From Macrostomum lignano (lineage: Eukaryota): a stretch of DNA of 64,000 nucleotides. The stretch covers positions 1 through 64,000 of the forward strand of contig NIVC01001987.1 of the NCBI GenBank assembly GCA_002269645.1, in the 5' to 3' direction. The notes under the pieces were generated by a model. The model was given only the letters and a program-made list of their open reading frames with translations, searched no databases and was not told the DNA's origin. Numbering within the stretch: the first letter of the stretch is position 1; each line of letters opens with the position of its first letter. Position numbers and translations under genes: made by a program. Positions 7,987 to 21,005 of this stretch are shown here, piece after piece.

Positions 7987-10900
7987 ATACACCTCTCAGC
8001 CTCGACAGCTCAGCATAATTCACTCCGTAAGCCTTGACATCTAAAAGCAATTCCCCCGTAAGCCTTTGCGACATCTAAGCAATCCCCCCGTAAGTCTTAA
8101 CTTGACATCCAAGCAACCCCATGAAGCGAAAGTCCTCAAGGCCCATGGTCAGAAGAGCGAAAGTGTCTTGATACCTGAATGTCTTTAGCCGACAGCTGAT
8201 GTCACTAAGGTGGGGTACGTCTGGAGCCTGCTGGACCTTAGGGAGGGCACCACTTGTCTCTGCTCCGGCAAAATACAGCGGCCGGGTGGTTGTATGCGCC
8301 TTGCATACTTGCAACATAGACAACATTTTAGCCTTAGGGGTCGCGTCTGACTTTCTGGTAGATTCTGTAGACAATTTTGGTGGCACTGGAGCCGGGACAA
8401 ACCTGACCAAACTGGCCGTGCTGCCTGCATATCAGCAGTCAATTGTCGATGATTATACTTTTGCATCGCGTCCTTGGTGCTCAGCTCCCAGGTGTCCGTG
8501 CTCAATTGGATGTTCTCCTCAGTCCTCTTGGTTAGCATGGCCGGTCGAATAAAAGTTTTGAGTACGTTGTTCTTCTTTGCGTTGCAATTCTTTTTGGGGT
8601 GGTCTGCCTGCAATTTTCAACGTGAAAGAAGCAGTGCAGAAATGCAAAATGCTTACTGCATACGGTCGGAAAATGATCCGAGGTCAATACGGTCCGAGGT
8701 CACTGCAATGATTCTGTAATGACTTGAGAACAAAGTCTTGATTAGCTATAGCGCTGGGAAGTGGCTCCGAGTGGCAGACAGAAACAGAGATGTAAACCAG
8801 ACCGTATCGTCTAGCTTAATTGCTATATACTTCGATCTAGAAAGCCTGAAACCAGAACGCTTTTACAAAATTGGCTATGAAAACAACGAAAACAAAATCA
8901 GAAAAGACCTCAATGCAATCCAAAAAAATTATAGTTTTCTCTCTGATATAGATTGACTTGAAGATCTTTTTGCAGATTTCATACCATAAAGTTCTATCAC
9001 TGCTTCGTACGAAAGGACCTGTTTTTTTAAATACCCGAAACTACGATAAGAGGGAATCTTTGTTCTCTACTCTCCTCTTTTTGTTGATATCATGATTGCT
9101 TTCTCTTCCTGGGTGCTATCTGTTTGCATTTCTTCGTTCTTTGAGGCGCTATTTTGTCTTTTTTTCCGCTTTTCTGTGCGTCAAATGTTAGCCTTTCAAA
9201 ACTTCTCTATGCATTTTTACGCACTACGCATACTCTTTCGCATACCCTTTCGCATACTCTTAATTACATACAAATGTTGAAACAAATTATTTACCAGTTA
9301 AAACAAATATTTAAAATGCTATTGTAGTACGGTTATATATGCTTTGATATAGTGACATAAAATACGGTTACTTATCGTTTTTCTTATTCGCGATCAATTT
9401 AAAACTAGTCAACATCTTTTCTTTTTCTTTTCGATTTTTCGTTCGAACTTCATTCGTACCTTATCTCGTAATCTCGTAATCAAAGCAATACATCGTAATT
9501 CGTACTCATTTTTGTGCTCATATTTATACACATCCGTACTCATATTCAATTTATATTCATATTATAATTCCCTTATTTAAATTTTTTAAATTTGTCGTTT
9601 CGTTGTTAGTCGTCACTTTTCTTACAAAAATACCGTAAAAAAGTCTGGCGCGCTTTCAAATACTTTATCTTTTACAATAACGTCGAATCGTCTTAAGTTG
9701 ACTCTTTATAAACTTCAATTTCGAAACTTTTTCCAGATACATTGCCCTATAATATATTGGCCAAACAGGCTAATTGCCTGAGCCAAATTCTTACTACTAC
9801 TACTACTAATACAAATTAAATTCAAATTCTAGAAAACTGAGAATGACATATTTAGATTCCTTTCTATTTTTAAAGTCCAAAAATATCTGTGCAATTTTTA
9901 CTCCAAGCAACTTAGTAGGCTATGAGTATTGAATTATAAGGCCACAATTCATAATAAATTTCATGAGAGCTAGCCTGGATGTAATAAACTGAATTGCTAA
10001 TGTAGCAACCTAGGTTCAATTCTTAGTTAACTTAGTAGTATCAATTTTTTCTTAACATTTTCTAATTAAAGATTTATTATAAAGAAAGATTATTGTACAA
10101 GCTTAAAAATTATTCCATTAGCTTAGAAAGAGAATAACGAATAAGTTGAGACATTAATTATAATGCTTAATAATAATAAATTAAAATAAAGTAGTTAGTT
10201 TGGGCTGAAACCAAAAGTTGGAGTTTGGGTCATAGACAACCTAGCTTGTGTGTGGGCACTCAAAAAAGTACTTTTATTATGCAAGAACAATGGGAAACAA
10301 GGCACTACAATTGCACTAGCTAAGATATTGATTATTGCATTAGCTAAAAAAGAACTTTTTTGACTACAAAGTTTATTATTTTATATTATATAACATAAGA
10401 TAAGAAATATTGCACTAGCTTAAATAGATTATTGCACTAGCCTTAGAAAGATTATTGTTCTAGCTAAGACAGATTATTGTGCTGGCTAAAAAAGAATTAT
10501 TGCAATCAATTGGTCATTTTGTCTGCCGCTAGTTTGTCTGCCACCCTTTCGTCTGCAAGAATACAATATAGTTGTTTCAGTGTAGGACCAAGACCGCCAC
10601 ACACCAAGACCGCCACACTTGGGGGAGCTAGGGGGAGGAATTTGGCTCGCCATGTTATTGGATGGTGCTGGGGGAGGGGTGAGATGGGGACGACAAGGCC
10701 GCGAGAGAGGAACCGGTGAGCGGGCCGGATGGGTGAGTGATGAGCCCTCCTCGTTTTTTTTCATTCAATTTGAATTGTAAAAGAACTATCAATCCTAAAT
10801 AAACAGCTACTTTTAGTAGAAAGCTGTGAAAAAAGGCTCTTGACTTAACTGCATTCTTAATTCGCAGTTTCGAATGTGGTCCTTGAGTTGGTTGTCATTG

Positions 10901-11594
10901 TTATAATTTGTTATAATGTGAGTTTTCATGTGTGATTCGAGCATGTCCGATTGCCAATGCAAATTTGCCAATTCGATCGCAGGCAGGCAGGCCAACATGC
11001 ACTTGTATTTAGAGGTTACGGGATGGTGAGTCGTGCAGCCATACCATTTTTATTACGTGTACATGTACAGGCTTCCTATAAAAACGACACTCAAGTAGTC
11101 CGTGATATGTACAGGTTGTACGAGGCCTGTTAAGCAGCTTTCATGCTCACTTTAAATCACTCAATCACTAACTAACTCACTCACTCTCTCACCCTCTACA
11201 TGTATCTCACTCGCTCACTCACTCACTAGCACACTGATCACTCACTCAAAAGTTACTGTGATCGCTCTTAATACAATCAAAATGTATGGCACGAAAATGC
11301 ATGCACATCACATGTACATGTAATCATTTACTTTGATTTCGGATGTTCTCCCTGTTCATAAAAAAATACGTTCTAAAACTATTTGAACGAATAATAGCTA
11401 CAATTGTACATTTGTACTGTACATCACATTGGGTACCAGTGTACTGGTGCATGTACATGCAGTTCTGATCCCTACCATACAACAGATGGACAGACACTTG
11501 CTTTTAATTTACCATGCAATCAATTGGCAATGATCGACCTGGTACACAGTATGCGCATTGTGTGATAGATACATGTATATCCATGCTCTGTACA

Positions 11595-12072
11595 CCACTT
11601 TCAGCCTCTCTTTACTCTCAGCCTCTACTCTCAGTCTCTTTCAACTCTCACCCTCTCTCCACTTTCAGCCTCTCTTTCAACTCTCACCCTCTCTCCACTC
11701 TCACTCTCTCTCCACTCTCACCCTCTCTCCACTCTCACCCTCTCTCCACTCTCACCCTCTCTCCACTCTCACCCTCTCTCCACTCTCACCCTCCCTCCAC
11801 TCTCACCCTCTCTCCACTCTCACCCTCTCTCCACTCTCACCCTCTCTCCACTCTCACCCTCCCTCTACTCTCACCCTCTCTCCACTTTCAGCCTCTCTTT
11901 CAACTCTCACCCTCTTTCAACTCTCACCCTCTCTCCACTTTCAGCCTCTCTTTCAACTCTCACCCTCTCTCCACTCTCACTCTCTATCCACTCTCCGAGA
12001 AACAATGGGTGAGAAACAGTGGGTGAAACAGTGGGTGAAACAGTGGGTGAAACAGTGGGTGAAACAGTGGGT
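11595..12072. repeat. 17-bp CT-rich minisatellite followed by (GAAACAGTGGGT)x5
   Basis: Units CTCTCTCCACTCTCACC, then 12-bp repeats, just upstream of the transposase. Confidence 0.9.
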
Positions 12073-12276
12073 AAGAAACGCTCTTCCAAAAATGCCAGAA
12101 CTCTCATTGGCTGGGCGCTCATCAAATAGCAGTTATCCTCCACTGATACGGCCCCGAATTTGAATTTTCTGTTTATCTAGCTCGTATAATTGTATTAGAA
12201 TAGCATATCTATACAATAAAAACTGATTATCTGATATCGGAGCTTAAATAGTTTTTGATCAAGAAATATCATTAAA

Positions 12277-14136
12277 ATGGCAGGTGCATACCCATGTGTA
12301 GTGTGTGTACAGCCTGTTGTCAATGGAGAAGAAGCTATTGAGTGCTCGCAGTGTAGCGAATGGCAGCATCGTGCGTGTAACAGTCGCGTTACACCGGAGC
12401 AGTACGCTGCGATGAAACGTGTACGCGAGTTTTTCTGGCTGTGCAACCGATGCCTTAGGCCAACTACAGGTGTGCCTTCATCTGCACCCTCAGCTGCCCC
12501 AGCAGCTACTGTGCCGCCAACCTTTCCAGGATCAGGACCAGGTGGTGAGCCTATTGACCAAGAGGAGCCATTGCTTCCAGTCCCTCATGTAGAAGTGGAA
12601 GAGAGGTTTTTATTTCAGTATCCCGATTTCGCTGACGCTGAACCTGTGCTCGAAGAATCAATTCACGAGCCTCCAGCAGAGTTGGCGCCGCCTCGTAGCC
12701 CACCTCCGCAGGCTTTTGAGCATTTTCCAGGTGCTGGATTCAGCCACGGCAAAGACTTGCTGGTGCAGTACGTCAGGCGTGATCTTGGCCGCTTGATGCA
12801 TGTCAAGAGCCGGCGAAACGGCAACACTTACTACCGTTGCAACAAAACTGCACCGAAATGCCTGGGCTCAGCCGTCAAGCGACAAGACGGAACCATTGAA
12901 GCCTTGAAAGAGCACACCTGCGATCCAGTCGATCAGCCAGTTAAAAAACGACGTATTGCAGCTCAGGTAAAAGCGGAAGCAAAGCGAGCGCCATTCAAAT
13001 CTGCTCGCATCATCGCTGAGGAGAAAGTAAGAGAGCTCCCCCAAGAAGTGCAGGCAGTGATTAATATAGATTCCTTAAGTCGCAATGCTAATTATTCTCG
13101 TAAAAAAAGCCGCCCCGCGGAGCCAGCTAACATCCATTTTCAGGTTGATCCCGAGCACGTGCCCCCAGAGTTCCATTTGCAGGACGTTACTGTGCCAGAG
13201 ACAAATGGACGGCACTTTGTCTTCATGTCTGCGACACAACGGGAGATCCTGTCCACACGACGCATTCTGCACTGCGATGGCACATTCGGCATTGTCAAGG
13301 CGCCTTTCATGCAGCTGTACAGCCTTCATGGAGCCATTCGCTGCGACAATCAAGAGCGTCTGGTACCACTGGCATTCTTTCTGATGTCAGGTAAGGCTCA
13401 GGCTGACTACCAAGCCTGCTTCCGGCAGGTATGGGAGTTGACTGGTAATGCACCTGTCCAATTTATCTGCGACTTTGAGTCGGCCGCCTGGCAAGCCATT
13501 CGGCTAGTTTATCCAGCAGCCCAAGTTCGTGGCTGCTTTTTTCATTACTGCCAGGCTGTTTTCAGGCGAGTCCAGTCTCTTGGATTGCAGGTGCAGTATG
13601 CGACTTCCCCTGCGGTAAAGTTATTAGTACGCATGCTGCTTTCGATTCCTTGTCTGCCGGCTCCTTGCATGCTAGATGGCCTTGCAGCCTGCACTGCAAT
13701 GGCAGGAGAGAATCAGCGCCTTCTAGAGCTAACGGAATACGTGCGTGCAACCTGGCTACAGCACCCTGTGTGGGACCGGGATGCCATCTGCGTCTTTGAG
13801 CGGTTCACAAGGACGAACAATGCCGTGGAGGCTTGGCACGCGCAGCTCAACAAGCGTGGAGAGAAAGCGCTTAATTTCTATCTTCTGCTGACCCTGCTTC
13901 AGCGTGATGCAGAGCGGGTGCAACGTCTGCTGCAGCAAGTTCATCAAGGCCAAGCTGTCACGCACCACCAGCAAGTACATGCTAGGTACGCGCGAGTGAA
14001 TGTCTGCTTTGAGACATTCTGCCGACACCTGAGAGAGGGCACTATGTCGATTGCTGCATTTCTCCGGGCCTGCAGCCATATTCATGCGCAACCTGGATGG
14101 CAGCAAGAGGGCGAGGATGATGCGCAGCAGAATTGA
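12277..14136 (+). CDS. MULE transposase with N-terminal PHD finger and FLYWCH-like domain (619 aa, intact)
   Basis: C4HC3 PHD (CVVC...CSQCSEWQHRAC...WLCNRC); YYRC...C...EH.C; DDE motifs CDGTF, CDFE, RTNNAVEAWH; GCFFHYCQAV (CxxH). Confidence 0.92.
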   Translation: MAGAYPCVVCVQPVVNGEEAIECSQCSEWQHRACNSRVTPEQYAAMKRVREFFWLCNRCLRPTTGVPSSAPSAAPAATVPPTFPGSGPGGEPIDQEEPLLPVPHVEVEERFLFQYPDFADAEPVLEESIHEPPAELAPPRSPPPQAFEHFPGAGFSHGKDLLVQYVRRDLGRLMHVKSRRNGNTYYRCNKTAPKCLGSAVKRQDGTIEALKEHTCDPVDQPVKKRRIAAQVKAEAKRAPFKSARIIAEEKVRELPQEVQAVINIDSLSRNANYSRKKSRPAEPANIHFQVDPEHVPPEFHLQDVTVPETNGRHFVFMSATQREILSTRRILHCDGTFGIVKAPFMQLYSLHGAIRCDNQERLVPLAFFLMSGKAQADYQACFRQVWELTGNAPVQFICDFESAAWQAIRLVYPAAQVRGCFFHYCQAVFRRVQSLGLQVQYATSPAVKLLVRMLLSIPCLPAPCMLDGLAACTAMAGENQRLLELTEYVRATWLQHPVWDRDAICVFERFTRTNNAVEAWHAQLNKRGEKALNFYLLLTLLQRDAERVQRLLQQVHQGQAVTHHQQVHARYARVNVCFETFCRHLREGTMSIAAFLRACSHIHAQPGWQQEGEDDAQQN

Positions 14137-14267
14137 TCGCGATCTCTCCGTTTTGCCTGATTCAAGTGGAAACTTTTAATAATTAACCATTTTACTTAAA
14201 TCGAGTTATAAATCTCAATTCATTGCTTGCTTAGCAAATAGCTCCCTCATTATCATTTTTCGCACAC

Positions 14268-14590
14268 CATTATATTCTGCACTTTTATTTCAGTCCATAT
14301 GCGGCGCACAGGTAAAGCTATTAATTATTACCTTCTAAATGCCATCATTTTTCGCATGCCATTACATTCTGCACTTTTATTTCAGTCCATATGCGGCGCA
14401 CAGGTAAAGCTATTAATTATTACCTTCTAAATGCCATCATTTTTCGCATGCCATTACATTCTGCACTTTTATTTCAGTCCATATGCGGCGCACAGGTAAA
14501 GCTATTAATTATTACCTTCTAAATGCCATCATTTTTCGCATGCCATTACATTCTGCACTTTTATTTCAGTACATATGCGGCCCACAGGTA
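14268..14590. repeat. 92-bp tandem repeat (~3.5 units)
   Basis: ATGCGGC recurs at 14299, 14391, 14483 and 14575. Confidence 0.9.
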
Positions 14591-14817
14591 AAAAAGAAAA
14601 AATCTGCGTATTCGCTAAATTTGCTTGCATCTTATCCACTGCCCCTCCAGTTTTATTTCACTGCACCCCCTGCTGGATTGTGGAGGCGGGGGCACATTTG
14701 GCTTGTGAGCGCGAATAACAAGATCTTAAACTTTTACACCGTGCTTAAAGCGAAATGTGCTGCCAGCTCCATAGGTCATCTCGAGCCCGAACTCCATGTG
14801 GCACTTATTTATACTTA

Positions 14818-15050
14818 ATCTCTAATCCAAATATGCTAAATCTCTAAGGTTTGTTTGCTTGCTTGCTTGCTTGTCCATAAAGCTCTAGAGCTCACTGTCC
14901 TTGACCGATTTTCTTAAAATCCAAATATACTAAATCTCTAATATTTGTATGTTTGTCCATAATCTAAATATACTAAATCTCTAAGATTTGTATGTTTGCT
15001 TGTCCATAGCGCTCTAGTCTAAATATACTAAATCTCTAATAATATGCTAA
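14818..15050 (+). mobile_element. Repeated Helitron-like 5' end fragments
   Basis: AAATATACTAAATCTCTAAGGTTTGTATGTTTGTCCATA motif reiterated here and again at ~41732-41790; resembles non-autonomous Helitron/HINE starts. Confidence 0.35.
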
Positions 15051-16829
15051 AATTACTATATCTACTTGTACTAATGAGGTAGAACTACTAGATTGCATAA
15101 TCACTGTTTAAACTGCGCACAGAATAGCTTGCGCAAAAAAGTTCAAATTTAATTTCAATACACGACCCCATCTCTGTTTGTGATCCCTCTCTACTACATC
15201 TTTGTCTCTCCTTCTGATAGTTTAAATCAAAGCGACTTCTTTTCCAGCTTTGCATAACACTATCATAAATTAGCTACTCCAGCAATAGCATATTGCCAGG
15301 CAAGGTAACAAAAATTTATCACTTTTTTAGAATGAATGCATTGACAGCTTGCTTGGTTAGCCAACTGTCTCAGGGTTCTTATTAAATCAAGACAGGAAGC
15401 AAATACTCTCCACCCAGTTACCACGAATAGATCGTATAGTAACAAAAACAGCTGTACTTAACTTGTTTTCTCTTATAGGTTCTGAAATTCATCGCTTATA
15501 GGCTACATGCAACGGCCGTGCATTTTTAAAATACCAAGCCATAAATCTTAAACGGAACGAGGGGCGCACTCAAAAAAATTTAGGGGGGGGGGGTGTTACG
15601 GAGAGAGGTGGCACTGGCAAGAGGGGGCAGACCCCGGAAGTTCCCTCCCTCGACCCCTCCCCCTCTGGGTGCAACCCCTGAACTGCATGGACTCGAGTCG
15701 AGCTTAAAAAAACTGTTTGTATATATAACTGTGAGTTCCAATTAATGTACTGAGTTCAAAAGGAGGGCACAAAAAAGATTTGGATAGTAACGGATTTTTT
15801 ACGAGGGGCCGGCGTTAGAGATATAGCTATCAAATATTCCAAAATAGCTGCGGGTATTCAATATAGTGTGATCAGATTGAATTCAATTAAATTCTGAGCA
15901 ACGTACGAGCGTATGTGGGCGTGGCATCTACATTGCAGTTGGTGTTCCCATGTGTAATAGTGCAACCAAGCGAGGTCCCTGGAGCGAAAACCTGGATCTG
16001 CCAAGTACAGCATGAGCATGAGGTCATGACCTCAGAAGTACATGCAAACTTTGATGGGACTAAAAGAAGTCTATCTAAAATAAAAAATGATTGTGCCATT
16101 GGTCCGATCTTATGGTATTTTGCATATTTCGCATGTCCGATACTAGCTACAACTGTACTAACAGATGAATGCAAGCATTTTGCAAAAGTATGCAACCATT
16201 GTTTTCTAACAATTTGTTCGCAAATCTCCCTTCGATCTGCCCTATCCACTGATATCTTCAAGTTTGCATATTTTTCACCTAATTCAAGCATCTCCACCGC
16301 ATGGACTCCCGAAATATAAACGGAGCGCATCACACCGCAATACTTATTTGCGAGCGGCAAGGCTCAGACCACAGTTTGCAGTGCTTTAAAAACGGCTTTT
16401 TGATTTCGCAAATATTTCCTTTTTGCATAACGCTGAATGTGATTTCAGCTGCAAAAATTTGACTGCTATTGATAATTCCTGATCGGCTAGAAAAAACGTC
16501 ACAGATAGATTGGAAAACGTGTACATGTACATGTACCTTTGCACTTATATGCACATACGTGCATCTCTGTATTGCATTTATTACATTAAATGTATCAAGG
16601 AGTTTGGTATATTTTGAAGAGATGTCAGAATTGTCAAAATCAGTATTTATCGATCAGTACCCTTTGAAAAAATGCATGTACATGTAGCTCACACTGTACC
16701 TGTGCAAAGTTGCCGCAGTGCGCGAGAGTAAAGGATATTTGCATTTAAAAATCGGAGGCAAAAGATCAAATGTGTGAAAAATTCTGTAATTTATTATAGT
16801 GCCTGAAATTCAGAAATGAATTAAAAGCG

Positions 16830-17066
16830 AGAGAGTGAGTGAGTGAGTGAGTGAGTGAGTGAGTAAGAGAGTGAGTGAGTGAGTGAGTGAGTGAGTGAGT
16901 GAGTGAGTGAGTGAGTAAGAGAGTGAGAGTGAGAGAGTGAGTGAGTGAGGGAGAGTGAGTGTAGGAGTGAGTGTGAGAAAGTGTGTGAGTGAGTGAGTGA
17001 GTGAGAGTGAGTGTCAGTGTGGGAGTGGGTGTGAAATGAGTGAGACAGAGAGAGTGAGTGAGAGAG
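16830..17066. repeat. (GAGT)n microsatellite
   Basis: Direct reading. Confidence 0.9.
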
Positions 17067-18622
17067 ATCGAGATCTCCTTACCCCTCTCCATATATTCTC
17101 TCATTACATGTGCATGTAAATTTACTCTCATCCCCTCCCTTTGCTTTCTCCGAAATTCTCGGCTTTGAGTACACAATAAAATACACACAGTGCTCGTACA
17201 TTTCCAGACATTCTCATAGGCATTGGGCCTAAGATGCACTTTTTCTGTTATGTGAGTGAACGATAGTTGTTAACTTGCTTTCGTCAAAATACATGTAAAC
17301 CTTCGTCAAAATGAATGGCACCTCTAAATCCACGTACCATAGCACATATCAAGACGCTTAGATTTGTTTGTCCGTAATGCACTACGCACCCAGACGCCGA
17401 ATATACGAATGTGCGAGCTCGTAAAAAAACTTTTCAAATTGCAGCAACCTGCAATTGCATTTTGAGAGGCGCTTTTTTGAAAATGAAGTTAAGTCTAATT
17501 ATTCAAGCTTTTGCTTTCAAAAGCATTATTCATGCTCATCTACTGCTAAAAGTAACAAATGGTGGTTTTGTTAAAGATATTGTTAAAATTGCCCTGGTTG
17601 ACTTGCAATCGTTTTGGGCCACTTATTCGTGACCAATCTTGGGACGCTTCCTCCTCATCCAACTCCACAACCCATCACAACCAATAGCAATGCTGGAAGA
17701 TTAGTAGCTCCCCCTCAATTCCAGTAGCCAGTAAGAGCTGTGGCGGTCTTGGTGTGTGGCGGTCTTGGTCGTGCGCCGTTGTTTCATCTGCCAATGAATA
17801 GTAAAGTTTTAATAATTGTAAATATGTCAGTTGTTGTCATTAATTTGAGATTTGAGATATTTGAGATAACAGTGATTAAGATATCGGGATCATTTCTTAG
17901 TAATAATGACTTAAATGAGTAATTTCTGAATATTTTTGTTTATATTTAATAAACTACGCAATTGAACAAATTCAATGCATTTTCGTCATGATATGGCATA
18001 ACGCCATACTATCTCTTAACTTTCTCAAAGCTTCAAAGCTCAAAAGCAATTAGTCGAGTTAGAATTATTTTACTTATTATAAGTAAGTTACATGCGCACA
18101 AATCATAAATCCCATTCACAGCTCACTACATAGATTCAATTAATGCTTATATACGAATACTTGTATTTAGCCTTTTTCACCGGTAGACGAAAAGGCGGCA
18201 GACAAAATGACCATGCAGCCTCTAGTTTTGCACATTTAATTATTTTTCAAAAATGGTGACACTGACACTTAGTTATTGCGAGTAAAATATTTGAGCTTGC
18301 ATAAGTTTATAAGACATGGCAGTGTGTCAATTTTATGTCTATGGTTATTACTATTAGTTTGAGATGGCTAAAGGCTATATCTATGGCAAAAACCTGCTCC
18401 CAGTCCTTGTTTTTTTAAAGGGACTAAGGTGGGAGGGAGGGACTAGGAGTCCAAGAGATTTTTTTGCCTTGCTTGCTTTCTTGTGCAATCTTGATTGTCA
18501 ATCTTGAGCAATAACTCTTCTAGATCATGGCTAAATTTAGATGCCCTGTAGCACCCACTAGCATAAGCCCAGTTCAGGGCCATGCATGGCATATCTAAGG
18601 CCCTATTTGATACCTACCTAGA

Positions 18623-18799
18623 CATACTTGGCATGGCGCAACCTAGGGATTCACCTGGCCATTTCTATTGGCAACGTACATATGTAAGTTGCTATTGGAC
18701 AGAATAGTAGTCATGTGACTGCTCTCAGCCAATAGCAACTTCCATGTGTGTGTTGCCAATAAAAATGGCCGGGTGATTCCTAGGGTTGCGCATGTGCAC
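18623..18799 (-). mobile_element. 172-bp palindromic hAT-type MITE, copy 1 (inverted, interrupted at its end by a hAT insertion)
   Basis: Matches the copies at 48699 and 52652 in reverse; the last bases (GTATG) reappear at 28088. Confidence 0.75.
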
Positions 18800-19539
18800 T
18801 AGTGATAGATCCAAATATTCGGATTTGGATTCCAAATCCGAAAAAAAAGTCTCACTTTTTTAGAAATCCAAATGTTTCGGATTCGGAAATTTTATTTTCC
18901 AAATTTCCAAATGTGCTTCCGAATATGAAAAAATCAAAAATTCAAAACAAAATTATGCTAACGTAACAGAAATACAACTTTTTGAAAAGAAAGTCTGATG
19001 AGGACGCACTTTTTCCCAAATCCCGCGCTAGCACATGGGCTCTAAACTTACTTGCCTACTAACAGTGGGCAAGGGGCATTTTTATCTTTTTTCTGCGAAT
19101 TTTCATAGAATCTATACTAGATATAATGTCTGGTCATACTAGTAGTCAGAATAACATAGGCATTGCTTTTTGGATCATAAATCATCGCTTTCGTAGCTGG
19201 TCTGACAGCCACCTGCGCCTCACTCAGTGTTGAGACGGGCGCCAGATGGTCTGAGAGGATGCGGGCGGTAGCTTTTTTCTCATCATTTTGACAGGCCATC
19301 AAGATTTATGAGGTCAGAGCCTATTGTTCGGATTCACTCAAGCGTGTGACAGCTTTGACAGCTATGCGTTTTACCCCTAAAAGTACTTTGGGATTAGCGA
19401 TTAGCAATTTCTCTTCATTATCTTCACTTTCTATTTAATAAGAGCTTTCTAATGTATATTTTTTCATTAATTTCTGTCAATCCTACGCGAAAAGTCATAA
19501 ATCATTTTGTTGCGATTTTGAGTGATTTATGGCCGCACC

Positions 19540-20985
19540 TGTCATCTTTTTACGACCCTGTGGGAACTGATAGGATCTCTCGGTCACGTGATTCTGGGTA
19601 GCAACGAGCTTAGCCAATCAGAAAATTCGGCGCTCATTTTAACAAAACGGCTCAGCCAATCAGAATCGACGTGTTCCATTATAACAAACTGCGGTCCAGT
19701 TGGCGGCTATTTAAACCATGTTTTTGGCCCGCTCGGACGCAACTCTTGCTCGGGTCCAGCACGCAACTTCTGGTTCCCGGAGCGCGACCGTCGTTTCTTG
19801 ATCCCCAGATTGCGACTTCCCCCCATCATCATCAAGGACGAATCCCCCGGTCGTCAGCAGCGAACATCAAGCGAAGATCATCACCTGCTAGCTATTAGCG
19901 AAGATTGTATCAGCATCATCCCGAGTCTACAGCTACAGAGCATCAAGCCGATTCGGTCACTGTGGATTACCTGGTCTCCGGCTGTTGAGTTTCTGATTGG
20001 TTGGGTGAGAGGCTACCTAGACTTGCTTGATTGGGTGATCCCCTATCTGTCCCCTGTTTCAGTAGCTGGATTAGGCGCACACTTTTGCTCATTTTGTTCA
20101 GTAGTGCTGTTACTGAGGCAGAAATCACTTAATAATACTGCTAGTAGTCTAAACTCCAATTCGATCTGAGGTGTGAAGTGATTTAAGGAGAAAGCTAAAT
20201 CTGACAGTTATTTTTATCGGTTTTAGTTCTTTGTTCGCCGATGGCTCAGATGAGTAGCTAGCTAAGCTAGTAGGCGCCGGTCACAGTGGACCAATGGCAA
20301 GGCGGTTCTCAGTCGATCAATCACTCGAATCAGTGAGCAAAACTGCCAGAAGTGCAGAATCGGCGCCAGAGATGTACTTTACACTCTAGGTTGGCCAAGC
20401 GGCTCGGGTAATGAATCATGCGAGGTCTCTGAAGTTCGAGTTAGTCTATCATCAGCGCTATGAGAGGCTAGTTGGCGCGTTGAAGGCCAAAAGTACATAT
20501 CTTCGTATTTAGCAATGTAATAGTACATGTAGCTACCCCATAGACTCGCCACTGCAAGAATCCCCTGCACAAGTCCCCTCTGTACTGCATGGCCAATGCG
20601 ATCTAGTCCCAGCAGTGTCCCTTATCATCGGCTATGACTTCGAGATTGACAGCAAAAAGACACTAGTTGGCAGGTAAGTGCAAAGCCCCTTCTAGTCGGA
20701 AGCCCGATTTCGAGAGTCCCGGTGTGGTGAGCCAGGACGCACGGGCTGGTGGCAGCGAGTTAGCTTAGTCTGCGGATGAGCTAATTTCTACCTTCAAAAT
20801 TCTCCCTGCTTGTCTCTCGCTGTCCCTCTCTTAGCTATAGGACCTAGACTGCTCGCCACACGATCAAGCTACCATGGGGCTGACCATCTGACAGGAGTGG
20901 GGGGCCAGGACTCTAATTGATTTATTTCTGAGGCCTGAGGCCCGAAGGCTTCCTCACAAGGGGCCTGAAAGGTCGAAACCCATCA
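19540..20985 (+). repeat. Putative 5' LTR
   Basis: Starts TGTCA (inferred) and ends CATCA 2 nt before the PBS; contains two AGCCAATCAG CCAAT boxes and a TATTTAAA box near 19706. Confidence 0.5.
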
Positions 20986-20987
20986 AA

Positions 20988-21005
20988 TGGTGGCAGCGGT
21001 GGGAT
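20988..21005 (+). promoter_or_regulatory. Primer-binding site, tRNA-Leu
   Basis: TGGTGGCAGCGGTGGGAT is the reverse complement of ATCCCACCGCTGCCA-CCA, the 3' end of eukaryotic tRNA-Leu (AAG/TAG type). Confidence 0.85.

Larger units (their letters stand above)
10580..17777 (+). mobile_element. Mutator-like (MULE/Phantom-type) DNA transposon, 7.2 kb
   Basis: 9-bp TSD GTTGTTTCA at 10571-10579 and 17778-17786; inverted GACCAAGACCGCCACACACCAAGACCGCCACA at both ends; central transposase ORF. Confidence 0.85.
10511..18213. mobile_element. ~0.5-kb MITE split by the Mutator insertion
   Basis: Perfect 19-bp TIR TGGTCATTTTGTCTGCCGC at 10511 and inverted ending at 18213; removing the MULE leaves 496 bp; no TSD found. 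Confidence 0.6.

Noticed and set aside
8075-8613. Two overlapping minus-strand ORFs with a Cys cluster behind an apparent splice acceptor
   Set aside because: No recognisable domain and no consistent frame; may be a decayed transposon exon but cannot be supported.
15559-15680. Small hAT-like MITE (GAGGGGCGCAC...GTGCAACCCCTG)
   Set aside because: TIRs are imperfect and the candidate TSD matches only 5 of 8 bases.
15887-16360. 157-codon minus ORF inside the MULE (possible second gene)
   Set aside because: No ATG context or motif, and an equally long ORF lies on the opposite strand.
20925-20985. Possible hammerhead ribozyme at the LTR 3' end (GGCCTGAAAGGTCGAAAC)
   Set aside because: A stem II-like hairpin and GAAAC are present, but the CUGANGA core is not correctly placed upstream; treated as ordinary U5 hairpins.
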